A DNA stretch of 53,531 nt, taken from the NCBI GenBank assembly GCA_947452755.1, contig CANGDT010000006.1, positions 1 to 53,531 on the forward strand, given 5' to 3'. This DNA is from Actinomycetota bacterium (GTDB lineage Bacteria > Actinomycetota > Actinomycetes > S36-B12 > UBA5976). A program made the translations under genes and the position numbers. Position 1 is the first letter of the stretch; the number at the start of each line of letters is the position of its first letter. The notes beneath the pieces are model-generated. The model ran no database searches. It saw only the letters and a list, made by a program, of their open reading frames with translations, and was not told the DNA's origin. Of this stretch, positions 32,010 to 40,494 are shown piece after piece.

Positions 32010-32714
32010 GTGACTGCGGGACCGATAGCACTTGTTGGATCCGGCGAATATTTGCCAGTGATGCAGCGTATAGAAGCAGACCTTATTAAGGGACGAAATC
32101 CCAGGTATGTTCAGTTACCAACCGCAGCCGCACCTGAGGGTGACAAGTCGTTGCAGCGTTGGATTGACCTTGGGTTGCAACAGGCACAACGTCTCGGTGT
32201 CGAGCAAGTTCCGGTAATTGTTCGTGACGCCGACGAAGCAAACAACCCAGAGCTAGCCGCAATGATCAAAGATGCCGGCCTTATATATCTATCTGGTGGC
32301 AATCCACATTTTTTGGCGGACACGTTGCGCGGTTCACTCGTATGGAATGCGATTTATGAAGCGTGGCAGAACGGTGCGGCTCTTGCGGGTTGTTCGGCAG
32401 GTGCGATGGCGATCGCTGATCACATTCCAGCGCTGCGGGTTCATTCACCCCGCGAGACCCGCGGGCTCGGTGCGTTGCCACATATTCGAGTGCTGCCGCA
32501 CTTCGACAAAATGTTTGGCTGGGTGCCAGATCTGGCACTTCGTATGCTGAATGTTCCAAATGGTGTTCATGTTGTTGGTATTGATGAAGATACTGCCCTT
32601 GTCGGAGGACCATTTGAATGGAAAGTTCAAGGTCGCCAGTCTGTGTGGTTGATAAGTGACGGAAATAGGCAACAGTTTTCCGAAGGTGACGTAATTCATC
32701 TACCTGCTCAGTAG
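32010..32714 (+). CDS. Peptidase S51 family protein (PepE/cyanophycinase-like)
   Basis: LVGSGE, LPTAA, YLSGGNP, AGCSAGAM, LPHFD, GIDEDTA. Confidence 0.85.
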   Translation: MTAGPIALVGSGEYLPVMQRIEADLIKGRNPRYVQLPTAAAPEGDKSLQRWIDLGLQQAQRLGVEQVPVIVRDADEANNPELAAMIKDAGLIYLSGGNPHFLADTLRGSLVWNAIYEAWQNGAALAGCSAGAMAIADHIPALRVHSPRETRGLGALPHIRVLPHFDKMFGWVPDLALRMLNVPNGVHVVGIDEDTALVGGPFEWKVQGRQSVWLISDGNRQQFSEGDVIHLPAQ

Positions 32715-32717
32715 TTT

Positions 32718-32746
32718 TATGAGGGGGTATCCCCTCATATTTTTTG
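32718..32746 (+). terminator. Intrinsic terminator
   Basis: TATGAGGGG-gtat-CCCCTCATA followed by a T tract. Confidence 0.8.
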
Positions 32747-32857
32747 CAAATCCAATTTCACGGCCGTTCATGGTCAAAAGCACCGCAAAACCTAGGGTTT
32801 ACTAGATAAGTCTGACCAAAGTCAGGCTTCATTGGTTCCGCCAAAAAAGAAAGTGTT

Positions 32858-35119
32858 GTGACGAAGTTGTCCAATAATTTGTCCCGCGCCGCAAAGCGCG
32901 TTTTTGCTTTAATAAGTTCATTAGCGGTTGTTTTGACCGGCCTTGTCGCAGGTGTTTCTTCACCAGTACAAGCTGCTGCGGTCACTACACCGAGCTACCT
33001 AGCAATCACTCGTACTGCTAACCAAGATGGCACATTCACCATTCACACTGGTGAATCCATTCAGGTGACAGTACGCACGTATGCAAGCAACGTTACTTCG
33101 GATGGTGTTAAGACCATTTCTTCAGATGCAGCAGTTGTTACTGGAGTTGCTGGCCTCACTTATGGCGCAAAGACCTACATGTGGGATTTCTCAAGCTGTG
33201 CAGGCGGTGCGCCTATTACTACTGCGTCGCCGGTTCCATGCGCCCAGGCAACCGAATTTGGTTTGAGCGTTTACCAAACCATTACCAATTCATCAGGTTC
33301 AGATAAGTTCGTTGCTACAAATGCCGCAGCTGCAAAATTCACTTACGGTGGCAACGATCTGAGCGCAACCGATTCCTTCGCCTACGCCTACCGCAATACA
33401 ACTTCGTCATCAGGCATTGTCCTAACGGCAAACGATTCGAGTTTTTCAGGGCAAATTTCGCTATGCGTTACTTCGGGTGCAACTTCCGCGAATGACACAT
33501 TGACATGGGTTACTTCAACTCTCAATGGAACATCTCCTGTTGCCAACGAGACTAACAATTTGGATCCAGTGATCACCTTGAGGCGCTACACAATGGCGGG
33601 GCCAGTTAACGTCACAAACTCGAGCACTATGACTGTTGGATCAACTCCTGAATCGAGCTACAACCTCGACATTTACGGAAGCCACCTGACGGCTGGCACC
33701 TACCACATCTCAGTTGACTTGCAGAAGGACGGCGTATCGGTTCTTGGATCATGCAACAACGGCGGTGGCGGCGGTGGCGGTGGCCCAACAGCACTTTTGA
33801 CGGGTGCACTTGGCACAGCTGGTAAGGCTGTTGCTGATGCTGCATCTGCTGAAAAGGCTTTCGGCGCAAACATCACTACAGCAAGCGTCGGTCGCAGTGC
33901 ACCGGATGGTGCGGGCGGCCTGATAGTCGCTAGCCCAGGCACGAATCCTGGTGAATGGAAAATCGCAAACATCACTGCTGCTGGTCCAAACACGAAGTTT
34001 GGTGCAACAGGAAAAATTTCCTTGACCGCTGACCCAGACGCCATGGTTGGTTCCGCTGGCTGGTACGGCGCTGCTGCGGCAGGTTGGGCTGTTGACTTCT
34101 GGAACATGAGTGGCGGCACCGACATTTACTGGGGAACGAAGGCTGCTGCGGCAACAAAGCACCTTGCAGTGTCACAGGAAGCAATCACGACATTCTGTAC
34201 AGCAAATGCACCGACGGGCTACACAGGTGGCGGCTTCGGAGGAATGTCAGAATTCGATTTCTTAAATGCTCCGACGACTGATCCAATGATGATCTTCACC
34301 TGCTTCAATGATCAGACCATGGATGAAAAGACATTCATTGTGAAGGTCACAACCGGTGGCTTTACCAAGGTTGTCAGCATGAGCTCGGCGACTACTACTG
34401 TTGCAAAGCCATGTTCAGCAACAAGCACCTACGTGAACCCTGCAGCCACCAAGACATCGGTCGCAGCACTGTTGATCATTGCCAATACCGCTAAGTCGTC
34501 AATGGGTATGGGTCCAGAGTCATGCAATGGTGTGGGCGGTGCAGCTGGCGATCGTCGCATCACCACAATCACTGCTGCTGGTGTGGCGAAGGTATACACC
34601 ACCAACATCCCAGCTGCTGCTGTTCCGGCCAATACGGCTGGAATGTCAATTGCTCCTGGCAGCGCTGCAGGAACGTGGGTTGGCGTTGTTTACGCTGGTT
34701 CACCTGCCAAGCCAACGCAGACCATCAAGATCTCGGCTGCCGCTGTGGTAACCAAGATGAAGGCAATTACGTTGGATGCCGCTTCGGTATTCCCGCAGAC
34801 GGCCAGCTCAATGGTGCCAGTAAAGCAACTAGCAAATGGCTCAATTATCGTGCTACGTCGCGCTTCGGTTATGCCGACTCCGCCGGCTATGGGTCAGACC
34901 GTTAAGTACGCTGTTGGCGAGATCAGTGCTACCGGCAAGGTAACAACCGGCAAGGTATTTACCCTTACCGCATCAGGCTTGATGGACATGTACGCCTCCG
35001 CGAACATGTCACGTGCTAGCGTCACTTCAGCTGGTGTAGTTAATTACTACTACACCTCGAAGTACACCGCTGATGGCGGCAAGTACAAGGTTGTTACTTG
35101 GAAGAATCCAACTAAGTAA
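32858..35119 (+). CDS. Large secreted Ala/Thr/Gly-rich protein, probable cell-surface protein
   Basis: Sec-type signal peptide ending VQA-A, Gly8 linker at 33761-33784, beta-strand-rich composition, own terminator. Confidence 0.75.
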   Translation: MTKLSNNLSRAAKRVFALISSLAVVLTGLVAGVSSPVQAAAVTTPSYLAITRTANQDGTFTIHTGESIQVTVRTYASNVTSDGVKTISSDAAVVTGVAGLTYGAKTYMWDFSSCAGGAPITTASPVPCAQATEFGLSVYQTITNSSGSDKFVATNAAAAKFTYGGNDLSATDSFAYAYRNTTSSSGIVLTANDSSFSGQISLCVTSGATSANDTLTWVTSTLNGTSPVANETNNLDPVITLRRYTMAGPVNVTNSSTMTVGSTPESSYNLDIYGSHLTAGTYHISVDLQKDGVSVLGSCNNGGGGGGGGPTALLTGALGTAGKAVADAASAEKAFGANITTASVGRSAPDGAGGLIVASPGTNPGEWKIANITAAGPNTKFGATGKISLTADPDAMVGSAGWYGAAAAGWAVDFWNMSGGTDIYWGTKAAAATKHLAVSQEAITTFCTANAPTGYTGGGFGGMSEFDFLNAPTTDPMMIFTCFNDQTMDEKTFIVKVTTGGFTKVVSMSSATTTVAKPCSATSTYVNPAATKTSVAALLIIANTAKSSMGMGPESCNGVGGAAGDRRITTITAAGVAKVYTTNIPAAAVPANTAGMSIAPGSAAGTWVGVVYAGSPAKPTQTIKISAAAVVTKMKAITLDAASVFPQTASSMVPVKQLANGSIIVLRRASVMPTPPAMGQTVKYAVGEISATGKVTTGKVFTLTASGLMDMYASANMSRASVTSAGVVNYYYTSKYTADGGKYKVVTWKNPTK

Positions 35120-35131
35120 AACTAAGTTAGT

Positions 35132-35171
35132 AATAAGTGAGGGTCACCGAAAGGTGGCCCTCACTTATTTG
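35132..35171. terminator. Bidirectional terminator between secreted protein gene and mshD
   Basis: AATAAGTGAGGGTCACC-gaaa-GGTGGCCCTCACTTATT. Confidence 0.85.
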
Positions 35172-35204
35172 TTCTCAATCATTTTCTTGTTTTACGGTGC
35201 TTAA

Positions 35205-36137
35205 CTAGCTTCGGGTAAACATCACGTCGGAATCCCAGTGGGCAAATCCGAGAGATTCATACAAGTGTCGCGCGGATTCATTTTCAGCATCCACATACAA
35301 CATCGCGGCTGACAATCCTTCGCGGCGCAAGTAATCCAAACCAGCAAATGTCAGCGCGCGTCCTAACTGCGTGCCACGTTCGCTTGGCGCGATTCCAAGG
35401 ACATAAATTTCACCAATTTCAGGATGATCGTGCGCACCCTTACGAAGTCCACCGTGGATTTTTGTCCAATGAAATCCAACGAGCTTTTCGCCGCCGTCAG
35501 TTTCTTTCGCGGCAAGGAAAAATCCGCGTGGTTCAAACCATCCTTCAGACATGCGGACGTCGAGATCTTCGCGCGTCATACGTCCCTGTTCGGGGTGTTC
35601 AGCAAATACTTCGGAGTTCAGCCCTAACCACGCGTCCTCATCAACGCCTGGTTCGAAGGTGCGCAGGGTTACCCCGTTGGCAAGTTCAAATTTCGGTAAA
35701 GGCGCGAGGAGCGATCGGCGCATTTGCCACAATTCACGAGTCTTGGTGAAACCCATGTTGCTGGCTAACTGGTAGGCACTGGCGAGTTCTCCATGTGCCC
35801 AAAGTCGCAGTTTGGGGTTGTGTGCGCGTTCAACAGCGGTTTCTACCAGTCGGCGACCGAGACCTTGGCGACGAAAATCGGGGTGGACAACGACTTCGAC
35901 AACTGGTCCGGCAACAACATCCGTTTGATCGAGATGAAGGTAGCCAACAACCGTGCCATCAGCGGCACGCATAATGACATGCTCGTCAGCAGAATCGCCG
36001 CCGTGATGCAAGTGAATCAAAACATGTTCAGAGAGTGGCGCCATGTCGTCATAGGCCGTTGCCGCAGCCGTCAATTTCTTGATTGCTGCAACATCATCGG
36101 CAGTAACGGTGCTTGTTGATTCGATGGTGAACGTCAT
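35205..36137 (-). CDS. mshD: Mycothiol synthase
   Basis: Tandem GNAT; WAHG, FAEHPEQG, GFHWTKIH, GEIYVLG, LYVDAEN. Confidence 0.95.
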   Translation of the reverse strand: MTFTIESTSTVTADDVAAIKKLTAAATAYDDMAPLSEHVLIHLHHGGDSADEHVIMRAADGTVVGYLHLDQTDVVAGPVVEVVVHPDFRRQGLGRRLVETAVERAHNPKLRLWAHGELASAYQLASNMGFTKTRELWQMRRSLLAPLPKFELANGVTLRTFEPGVDEDAWLGLNSEVFAEHPEQGRMTREDLDVRMSEGWFEPRGFFLAAKETDGGEKLVGFHWTKIHGGLRKGAHDHPEIGEIYVLGIAPSERGTQLGRALTFAGLDYLRREGLSAAMLYVDAENESARHLYESLGFAHWDSDVMFTRS

Positions 36138-36152
36138 TGAAACGTCACCCCG

Positions 36153-36854
36153 CTAAACGTAAACGTCGGCAGTTTGATCAGCAACAGATGCGACAAAACG
36201 GTAGCCAACGTTGCGGACAGTGCCAATGAGTGCTTCATTTTCCGCACCGAGTTTGGCACGCAAGCGACGCACATGAACGTCGACAGTACGCGTGCCACCG
36301 AAGTAGTCGTAGCCCCATACCTCCTGCAACAAGTGAGCGCGTGAAAAAACACGTCCAGGATGTTGAGCGAGGAACTTTAAAAGTTCGAATTCTTTGAAGG
36401 TCAGGTCAAGTGTGCGCCCACGAAGTTTGGCGGTGTAACTCACTTCGTCGATGGCTAGTTCACCGTTGCGAATTTCACCGGATGCTTCAGATGCGTATTC
36501 AACATTTTGGCGACCGATCATCAAACGTAAACGTGCTTCAATTTCAGCAGGTCCCGCAGTTTCTAAAACTACGTCGGTAATGCCCCATTCGTGCGTGACT
36601 GCAGTCAGTCCGCCTTCAGTTGCAATTAACAAAACTGGTGTGGTCGTTCCCGTTGTTTCCAATAGTCGGCACAGGCTACGAACAGCAGGCAAATCTTGGC
36701 GCCCATCGATCAAGATGACATCAGCATCAGGTGCAGTGATTAAGGCAGTTGGTTCGGGTGAGAGAACACGAATCTGGTGGCTCAATAGTTCAAGGCCGGG
36801 GAGTACGGAACTGGACGGCGTCATTGCGCGGGTCAGGAGCAGTAGTTGCGCCAT
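36153..36854 (-). CDS. glnR: OmpR-family orphan response regulator GlnR
   Basis: [57 protein letters not shown]; adjacent to mshD as in other actinobacteria. Confidence 0.88.
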   Translation of the reverse strand: MAQLLLLTRAMTPSSSVLPGLELLSHQIRVLSPEPTALITAPDADVILIDGRQDLPAVRSLCRLLETTGTTTPVLLIATEGGLTAVTHEWGITDVVLETAGPAEIEARLRLMIGRQNVEYASEASGEIRNGELAIDEVSYTAKLRGRTLDLTFKEFELLKFLAQHPGRVFSRAHLLQEVWGYDYFGGTRTVDVHVRRLRAKLGAENEALIGTVRNVGYRFVASVADQTADVYV

Positions 36855-36924
36855 GAATCGTCACCGCCTCGCGTTCATTCGTATGTAGAGAGTCTACTGA
36901 ATGACCTCGGGACGGGAAACTCGG

Positions 36925-37338
36925 CTAAACCAACACTTCTGTCAGGGCTGCGGTCACTTCTGAACGCTTTGGCAATCCCACTGCTTTACCAACAATTGCG
37001 CCGGTGTGATCAAGCACCAATGTGGTGGGGGTGCGCATGATTCCTAGTTGTTTGACCAAGTCGAGGTGCTCTTCAGCATTCACCTCTATATGGGCAACCC
37101 CTGGTTCGTGAGCTACAACATCGCTGAGCAGAACTCGCGTTGCTTTGCATGGCTGGCAGAACGCTGAAGAGAACTGCAACAAAGTTGCGCGCGTCCCAAG
37201 CTGGTTGGCGATATCGAGGCACGCAACGTGTTCATGCTGGGGAGTTTCGTGAACCCGACCGTCAGTGAGCCGGCGATAGATTCCGAAGGCGCTGGACAGA
37301 CCAAGGACGGCGATCAGAATGATCAGACCTGTTGGCAT
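36925..37338 (-). CDS. Membrane-anchored thioredoxin-like protein (ThiX-like)
   Basis: N-terminal TM segment, QFSSAFCQPC, MRTPT. Confidence 0.88.
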   Translation of the reverse strand: MPTGLIILIAVLGLSSAFGIYRRLTDGRVHETPQHEHVACLDIANQLGTRATLLQFSSAFCQPCKATRVLLSDVVAHEPGVAHIEVNAEEHLDLVKQLGIMRTPTTLVLDHTGAIVGKAVGLPKRSEVTAALTEVLV

Positions 37339-37386
37339 GTGACACGACCTTCGTTGTTCGAACCTGTGTTACAACCGTAAGGCAAT

Positions 37387-37436
37387 AATGCGTATATGAA
37401 CAATGCATATATGAACAATGCGTAAATGAGTAATGC
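37387..37436. repeat. 15-bp AT-rich tandem repeat (about 3.3 copies)
   Basis: AATGCGTATATGAAC / AATGCATATATGAAC / AATGCGTAAATGAGT / AATGC. Confidence 0.85.
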
Positions 37437-37525
37437 CGATTTCATCGCAGGCCCCTTATTGCAAGGTCTTTGCAGTTAAGAAATCTTCCCTCACATGTAG
37501 CGCGTAGGTCGTTTACAGTTACAGC

Positions 37526-37609
37526 ATGTCCCAGAGCACTTCGCTGATTAAGCGCCGAGTTATTGACTTCGGTTTGCTTGGGTCATCTATGTGTTGTCGC
37601 GCTGTTTAA
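37526..37609 (+). CDS. Leaderless Cys-Cys leader peptide (putative cysteine-responsive attenuator)
   Basis: MSQSTSLIKRRVIDFGLLGSSMCCRAV*, TACAGT -10 box 6 nt upstream, directly ahead of DUF4395-cysA-sseC. Confidence 0.8.
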   Translation: MSQSTSLIKRRVIDFGLLGSSMCCRAV

Positions 37610-37669
37610 TGCGTAGCTCTGGTGCCGCGCATTCATGCCCACCAAACCAACCAACACAAGGAATACACA

Positions 37670-38098
37670 ATGAGTACAAAGCAAATTGATCCACGCGGAC
37701 CACGTTTCGGCGCTGCGGTCACTACGGTTGTGCTTGCGGTTATTGTTCTGTCTATTCCATCAACGATTGCAACGATTCTGTTGACACTTCAAGCCGTTGT
37801 TTTCGGGCTGGGTGCTTTTGTTGGTTTACATGCACAGCCATACGGAATTGTGTACCGAAAACTTGTTCAACCGCGACTGCCAAAGCCAATCGAACTCGAA
37901 GACACCGAACCACCACAGTTTGCCCAGTTCGTCGGATTCTTGTTTGCCGCAGTTGGCTTAATCGCATTGGGTACAGGCCATCCTTTTGTTGCACAAATTG
38001 CTGTTGGCTTCGCGTTAGGTGCGGCGTTTTTAAATGCTGCATTTAACTTTTGCCTCGGCTGCGAAATGTATCTACTCGGAAAGCGCATTGCGGCCTAA
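37670..38098 (+). CDS. DUF4395 membrane protein
   Basis: IDPRGPRF, PPQFAQFVG, AAFLNAAFNFCLGCEMY; AAGGA RBS. Confidence 0.9.
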   Translation: MSTKQIDPRGPRFGAAVTTVVLAVIVLSIPSTIATILLTLQAVVFGLGAFVGLHAQPYGIVYRKLVQPRLPKPIELEDTEPPQFAQFVGFLFAAVGLIALGTGHPFVAQIAVGFALGAAFLNAAFNFCLGCEMYLLGKRIAA

Positions 38099-38143
38099 TC
38101 ACAAATTTCATTCGTAAGAACTTTTCACTACCAAGGAGAAAAA

Positions 38144-38989
38144 ATGAGTAACGAAGTACTAGTAGATGCAGATTGGGCAGTTGCCCATCTTGCTGACCCC
38201 AAGGTTGTATTCGTCGAGGTTGACGAAGATACAGCTGCTTACGACACCAACCACATCGCCGGTGCAATCAAGTTCAACTGGCGCACTGACCTTCAGGACG
38301 GCACTCGCCGTGACTTCGTCAGCAAGGCTGGCTTTGAAGCGCTGTTGAGCAAGAACGGTATTGCCAACGATGACACTGTTGTTCTCTACGGCGGAAACAA
38401 CAACTGGTTTGCTGCATATGCTTTCTGGTACTTCAAGTTGTACGGTCACCAGGATGTTCGTCTGCTCGATGGTGGACGTAAGAAGTGGGAACTTGATGGT
38501 CGCGAACTCGTGGCTGAAGTTCCAGCACGAGCTGCAACAACATACGTTGCCACCGAACAGGATCGCACTCTGCGCGCATTCCGCGATGACGTGCTAAAGG
38601 CAATTGGTACCCAGAACCTTGTTGACGTTCGCTCACCAGACGAGTACGCAGGTCGCCTATTGGCACCAGCTCATTTGCCACAAGAAGCATCACAGGTTGG
38701 TGGTCATATCCCAACAGCCGCGAATATTCCTTGGAGCAAGGCTGCCAACGAAGATGGCACCTTCAAGAGCATCGACGAACTTAAGGCGCTGTACACCGGT
38801 GCTGGTGTTGATTTGGGCAAGGACACAATTGCTTATTGCCGTATCGGCGAGCGTTCAGCTCACACTTGGTTTGTCTTGCATGAGCTGCTTGGCGTGAAGA
38901 ACGTGAAGAACTACGACGGCTCTTGGACTGAGTACGGCTCACTTGTTGGTGTTCCGGTTGCTCTTGGCGACGAGCCAGGTAACGCATGA
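38144..38989 (+). CDS. cysA: Thiosulfate sulfurtransferase (tandem rhodanese, CysA2/CysA3-like)
   Basis: HIAGA, LLDGG, DVRSPDEY, YCRIGERS, YDGSWTEY. Confidence 0.93.
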   Translation: MSNEVLVDADWAVAHLADPKVVFVEVDEDTAAYDTNHIAGAIKFNWRTDLQDGTRRDFVSKAGFEALLSKNGIANDDTVVLYGGNNNWFAAYAFWYFKLYGHQDVRLLDGGRKKWELDGRELVAEVPARAATTYVATEQDRTLRAFRDDVLKAIGTQNLVDVRSPDEYAGRLLAPAHLPQEASQVGGHIPTAANIPWSKAANEDGTFKSIDELKALYTGAGVDLGKDTIAYCRIGERSAHTWFVLHELLGVKNVKNYDGSWTEYGSLVGVPVALGDEPGNA

Positions 38990-39288
38990 GTTCCTGTGGC
39001 GCAGTCGTCGGTGGCGTTTCGCTTGATCGCGTAGACGTTTCTACCCAGGCTGTCATCCAGGGCGTAGTTCAGAAGGACGGCGAACCAGTCAAGGTTGGTT
39101 ACGTTCGCCTTTTGGATTCCGGTAATGAATTCACAGCCGAAGTTCCAGTATCGACAGCGGGAGAATTCCGATTCTTCGCAGCTGCTGGCACCTGGACGGT
39201 TGTTGCCTTGGTTCCGGGTGGATCTGCTCGTGCTTCGGTGACTGCTGAACTGGGCAAGATTGCCGATATCGACGTGTTAGTCGCGTAA
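38986..39288 (+). CDS. sseC: SseC / DUF1416 protein
   Basis: GYVRLLDSGNEFTAEV...GEFRFFAAAGTW; ATGA overlap with sulfurtransferase. Confidence 0.9.
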   Translation: MSSCGAVVGGVSLDRVDVSTQAVIQGVVQKDGEPVKVGYVRLLDSGNEFTAEVPVSTAGEFRFFAAAGTWTVVALVPGGSARASVTAELGKIADIDVLVA

Positions 39289-39335
39289 GTAAAGTCGTGT
39301 TAGTCGCGTAAGTAAAGTCGTGTTGGTCGCGTAAG
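39273..39335. repeat. 23-bp tandem repeat (about 2.7 copies) of the sseC 3' end
   Basis: CGTGTTAGTCGCGTAAGTAAAGT at 39273 and 39296, partial copy at 39319 with one mismatch. Confidence 0.92.
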
Positions 39336-39353
39336 CGGCGTCTAGACATCAGT

Positions 39354-39394
39354 TGGAATGGGCGTATTCACTCAAGTTGAATGCGCCCATTCCA
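39354..39394 (+). terminator. Stem-loop after sseC (probable terminator without U tract)
   Basis: TGGAATGGGCGTATTCA-ctcaagt-TGAATGCGCCCATTCCA. Confidence 0.7.
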
Positions 39395-39413
39395 CACTCG
39401 CTAGACTGAACAC

Positions 39414-39515
39414 GTGGTTGAAAACTTTTATTTGGGACTTCTTGTTCTTTGCTCCGCAGCCATCACATGGTTTGCGGGTTATGCCGTATACAAACTATTT
39501 AAGGGTCAAGGCTGA
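39414..39515 (+). CDS. 33-aa single-pass membrane peptide (not in the ORF track)
   Basis: MVENFYLGLLVLCSAAITWFAGYAVYKLFKGQG*, TAGACT -10 box 6 nt before GTG; stop overlaps next gene. Confidence 0.7.
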   Translation: MVENFYLGLLVLCSAAITWFAGYAVYKLFKGQG

Positions 39516-40030
39516 GTACAAAACTGCATTCTGATCTCGCACATTTGTCATGGCTCGTTGGCAACTGGGTGGGTGTTGGTGTGGTCGGATTTCCAAGTAT
39601 GGAAAACGATATTCAGGTTGGCCAAGAACTCAGCATCACTCATGATGGTCGCCCGTTCCTGATTCATTGGTCACGCACCTGGGAATTGGATGCTAATGGC
39701 GAGCGAGTTCGTCCGCGCGCGATGGAAGCCGGTTTTTGGCGGCCCCGCCCTAATAATGAATTTGAATTTCTGTTGGCGCATCCAACAGGTTTCCTTGAAT
39801 CCTGGTTTGGCAAAGTAACAGTGACTGGCATTGAGAATGCTGTGATCACCGGTGCGCGTGCTGAACTTGAAACCGATGCAATTGTTCGAACTGAATCAGC
39901 GAAGGAAGTTACCGCAGGTAAGCGCTTGTATGGACTTGTTGAGGGAAACCTCGCGTGGGTCTATGACATGGCTGCCGAAGGTGTTCCGCTTGCCTCGCAC
40001 GCATCTTTCCATCTAACGAAAGCGGATTAA
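39512..40030 (+). CDS. FABP-like/nitrobindin (THAP4-like) protein; probable CTG start at 39512 (TTG 39545 alternative)
   Basis: LHSDLAHLSWLVGNWVG, HDGRPFL, EAGFWR, LAHPTG, RLYGLV, SHAS. Confidence 0.88.
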   Translation: MSTKLHSDLAHLSWLVGNWVGVGVVGFPSMENDIQVGQELSITHDGRPFLIHWSRTWELDANGERVRPRAMEAGFWRPRPNNEFEFLLAHPTGFLESWFGKVTVTGIENAVITGARAELETDAIVRTESAKEVTAGKRLYGLVEGNLAWVYDMAAEGVPLASHASFHLTKAD

Positions 40031-40031
40031 C

Positions 40032-40460
40032 ATGGCTCGCGATTGGGACGCCGTTTTACGTGATCACGGATTTCGTATCACGCCACAACGTCAACTAGTT
40101 CTAGAAGCTGTCAATGTTCTAGGTCACGCAACACCTGAAGAGTTGCTGAACGAGGTACAAAAGACTGCTGGCGCAGTTAACTTGTCAACGATTTACCGCA
40201 CGCTTGAAGTGCTTGAGCAAGTTGGACTCGTGACACATGCTCACATCGGCCATGGCGCACCGACTTATCATTCCGTTGAAGAAGAGGCGCACATCCATTT
40301 GGTGTGTGACACCTGCCAGGCTGTGCAGTCAATCCATGCTGAGTCTGCAGAACTTTTTGTTCAGATGCTCCGTGACAAGGTCGGTTTTGAAACTGATGTC
40401 GCACACGTATCAGTGCATGGACAATGTGCAAGCTGCGTTGGTCGACAAGCGCTTCTCTAA
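40032..40460 (+). CDS. nur: Fur-family regulator, Nur-like (nickel uptake regulator)
   Basis: RITPQRQLVLEAV, HATP, STIYRTLE, HAHIGHGAPTYH, HIHLVC closely match recalled Streptomyces Nur; FABP/ygfZ neighbourhood. Confidence 0.75.
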   Translation: MARDWDAVLRDHGFRITPQRQLVLEAVNVLGHATPEELLNEVQKTAGAVNLSTIYRTLEVLEQVGLVTHAHIGHGAPTYHSVEEEAHIHLVCDTCQAVQSIHAESAELFVQMLRDKVGFETDVAHVSVHGQCASCVGRQALL

Positions 40461-40494
40461 ATCTAAATTTTTTTCGAATTCGCTACGCGAATCT

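Noticed and set aside
33761-33784. GGC/GGT run as a phase-variation tract
   Set aside because: Mixed in-frame Gly codons; length change would not shift the frame; it is a linker
36134-36352. 72-aa ORF overlapping the glnR 3' end
   Set aside because: Alternative frame inside glnR with no motifs or own initiation signal
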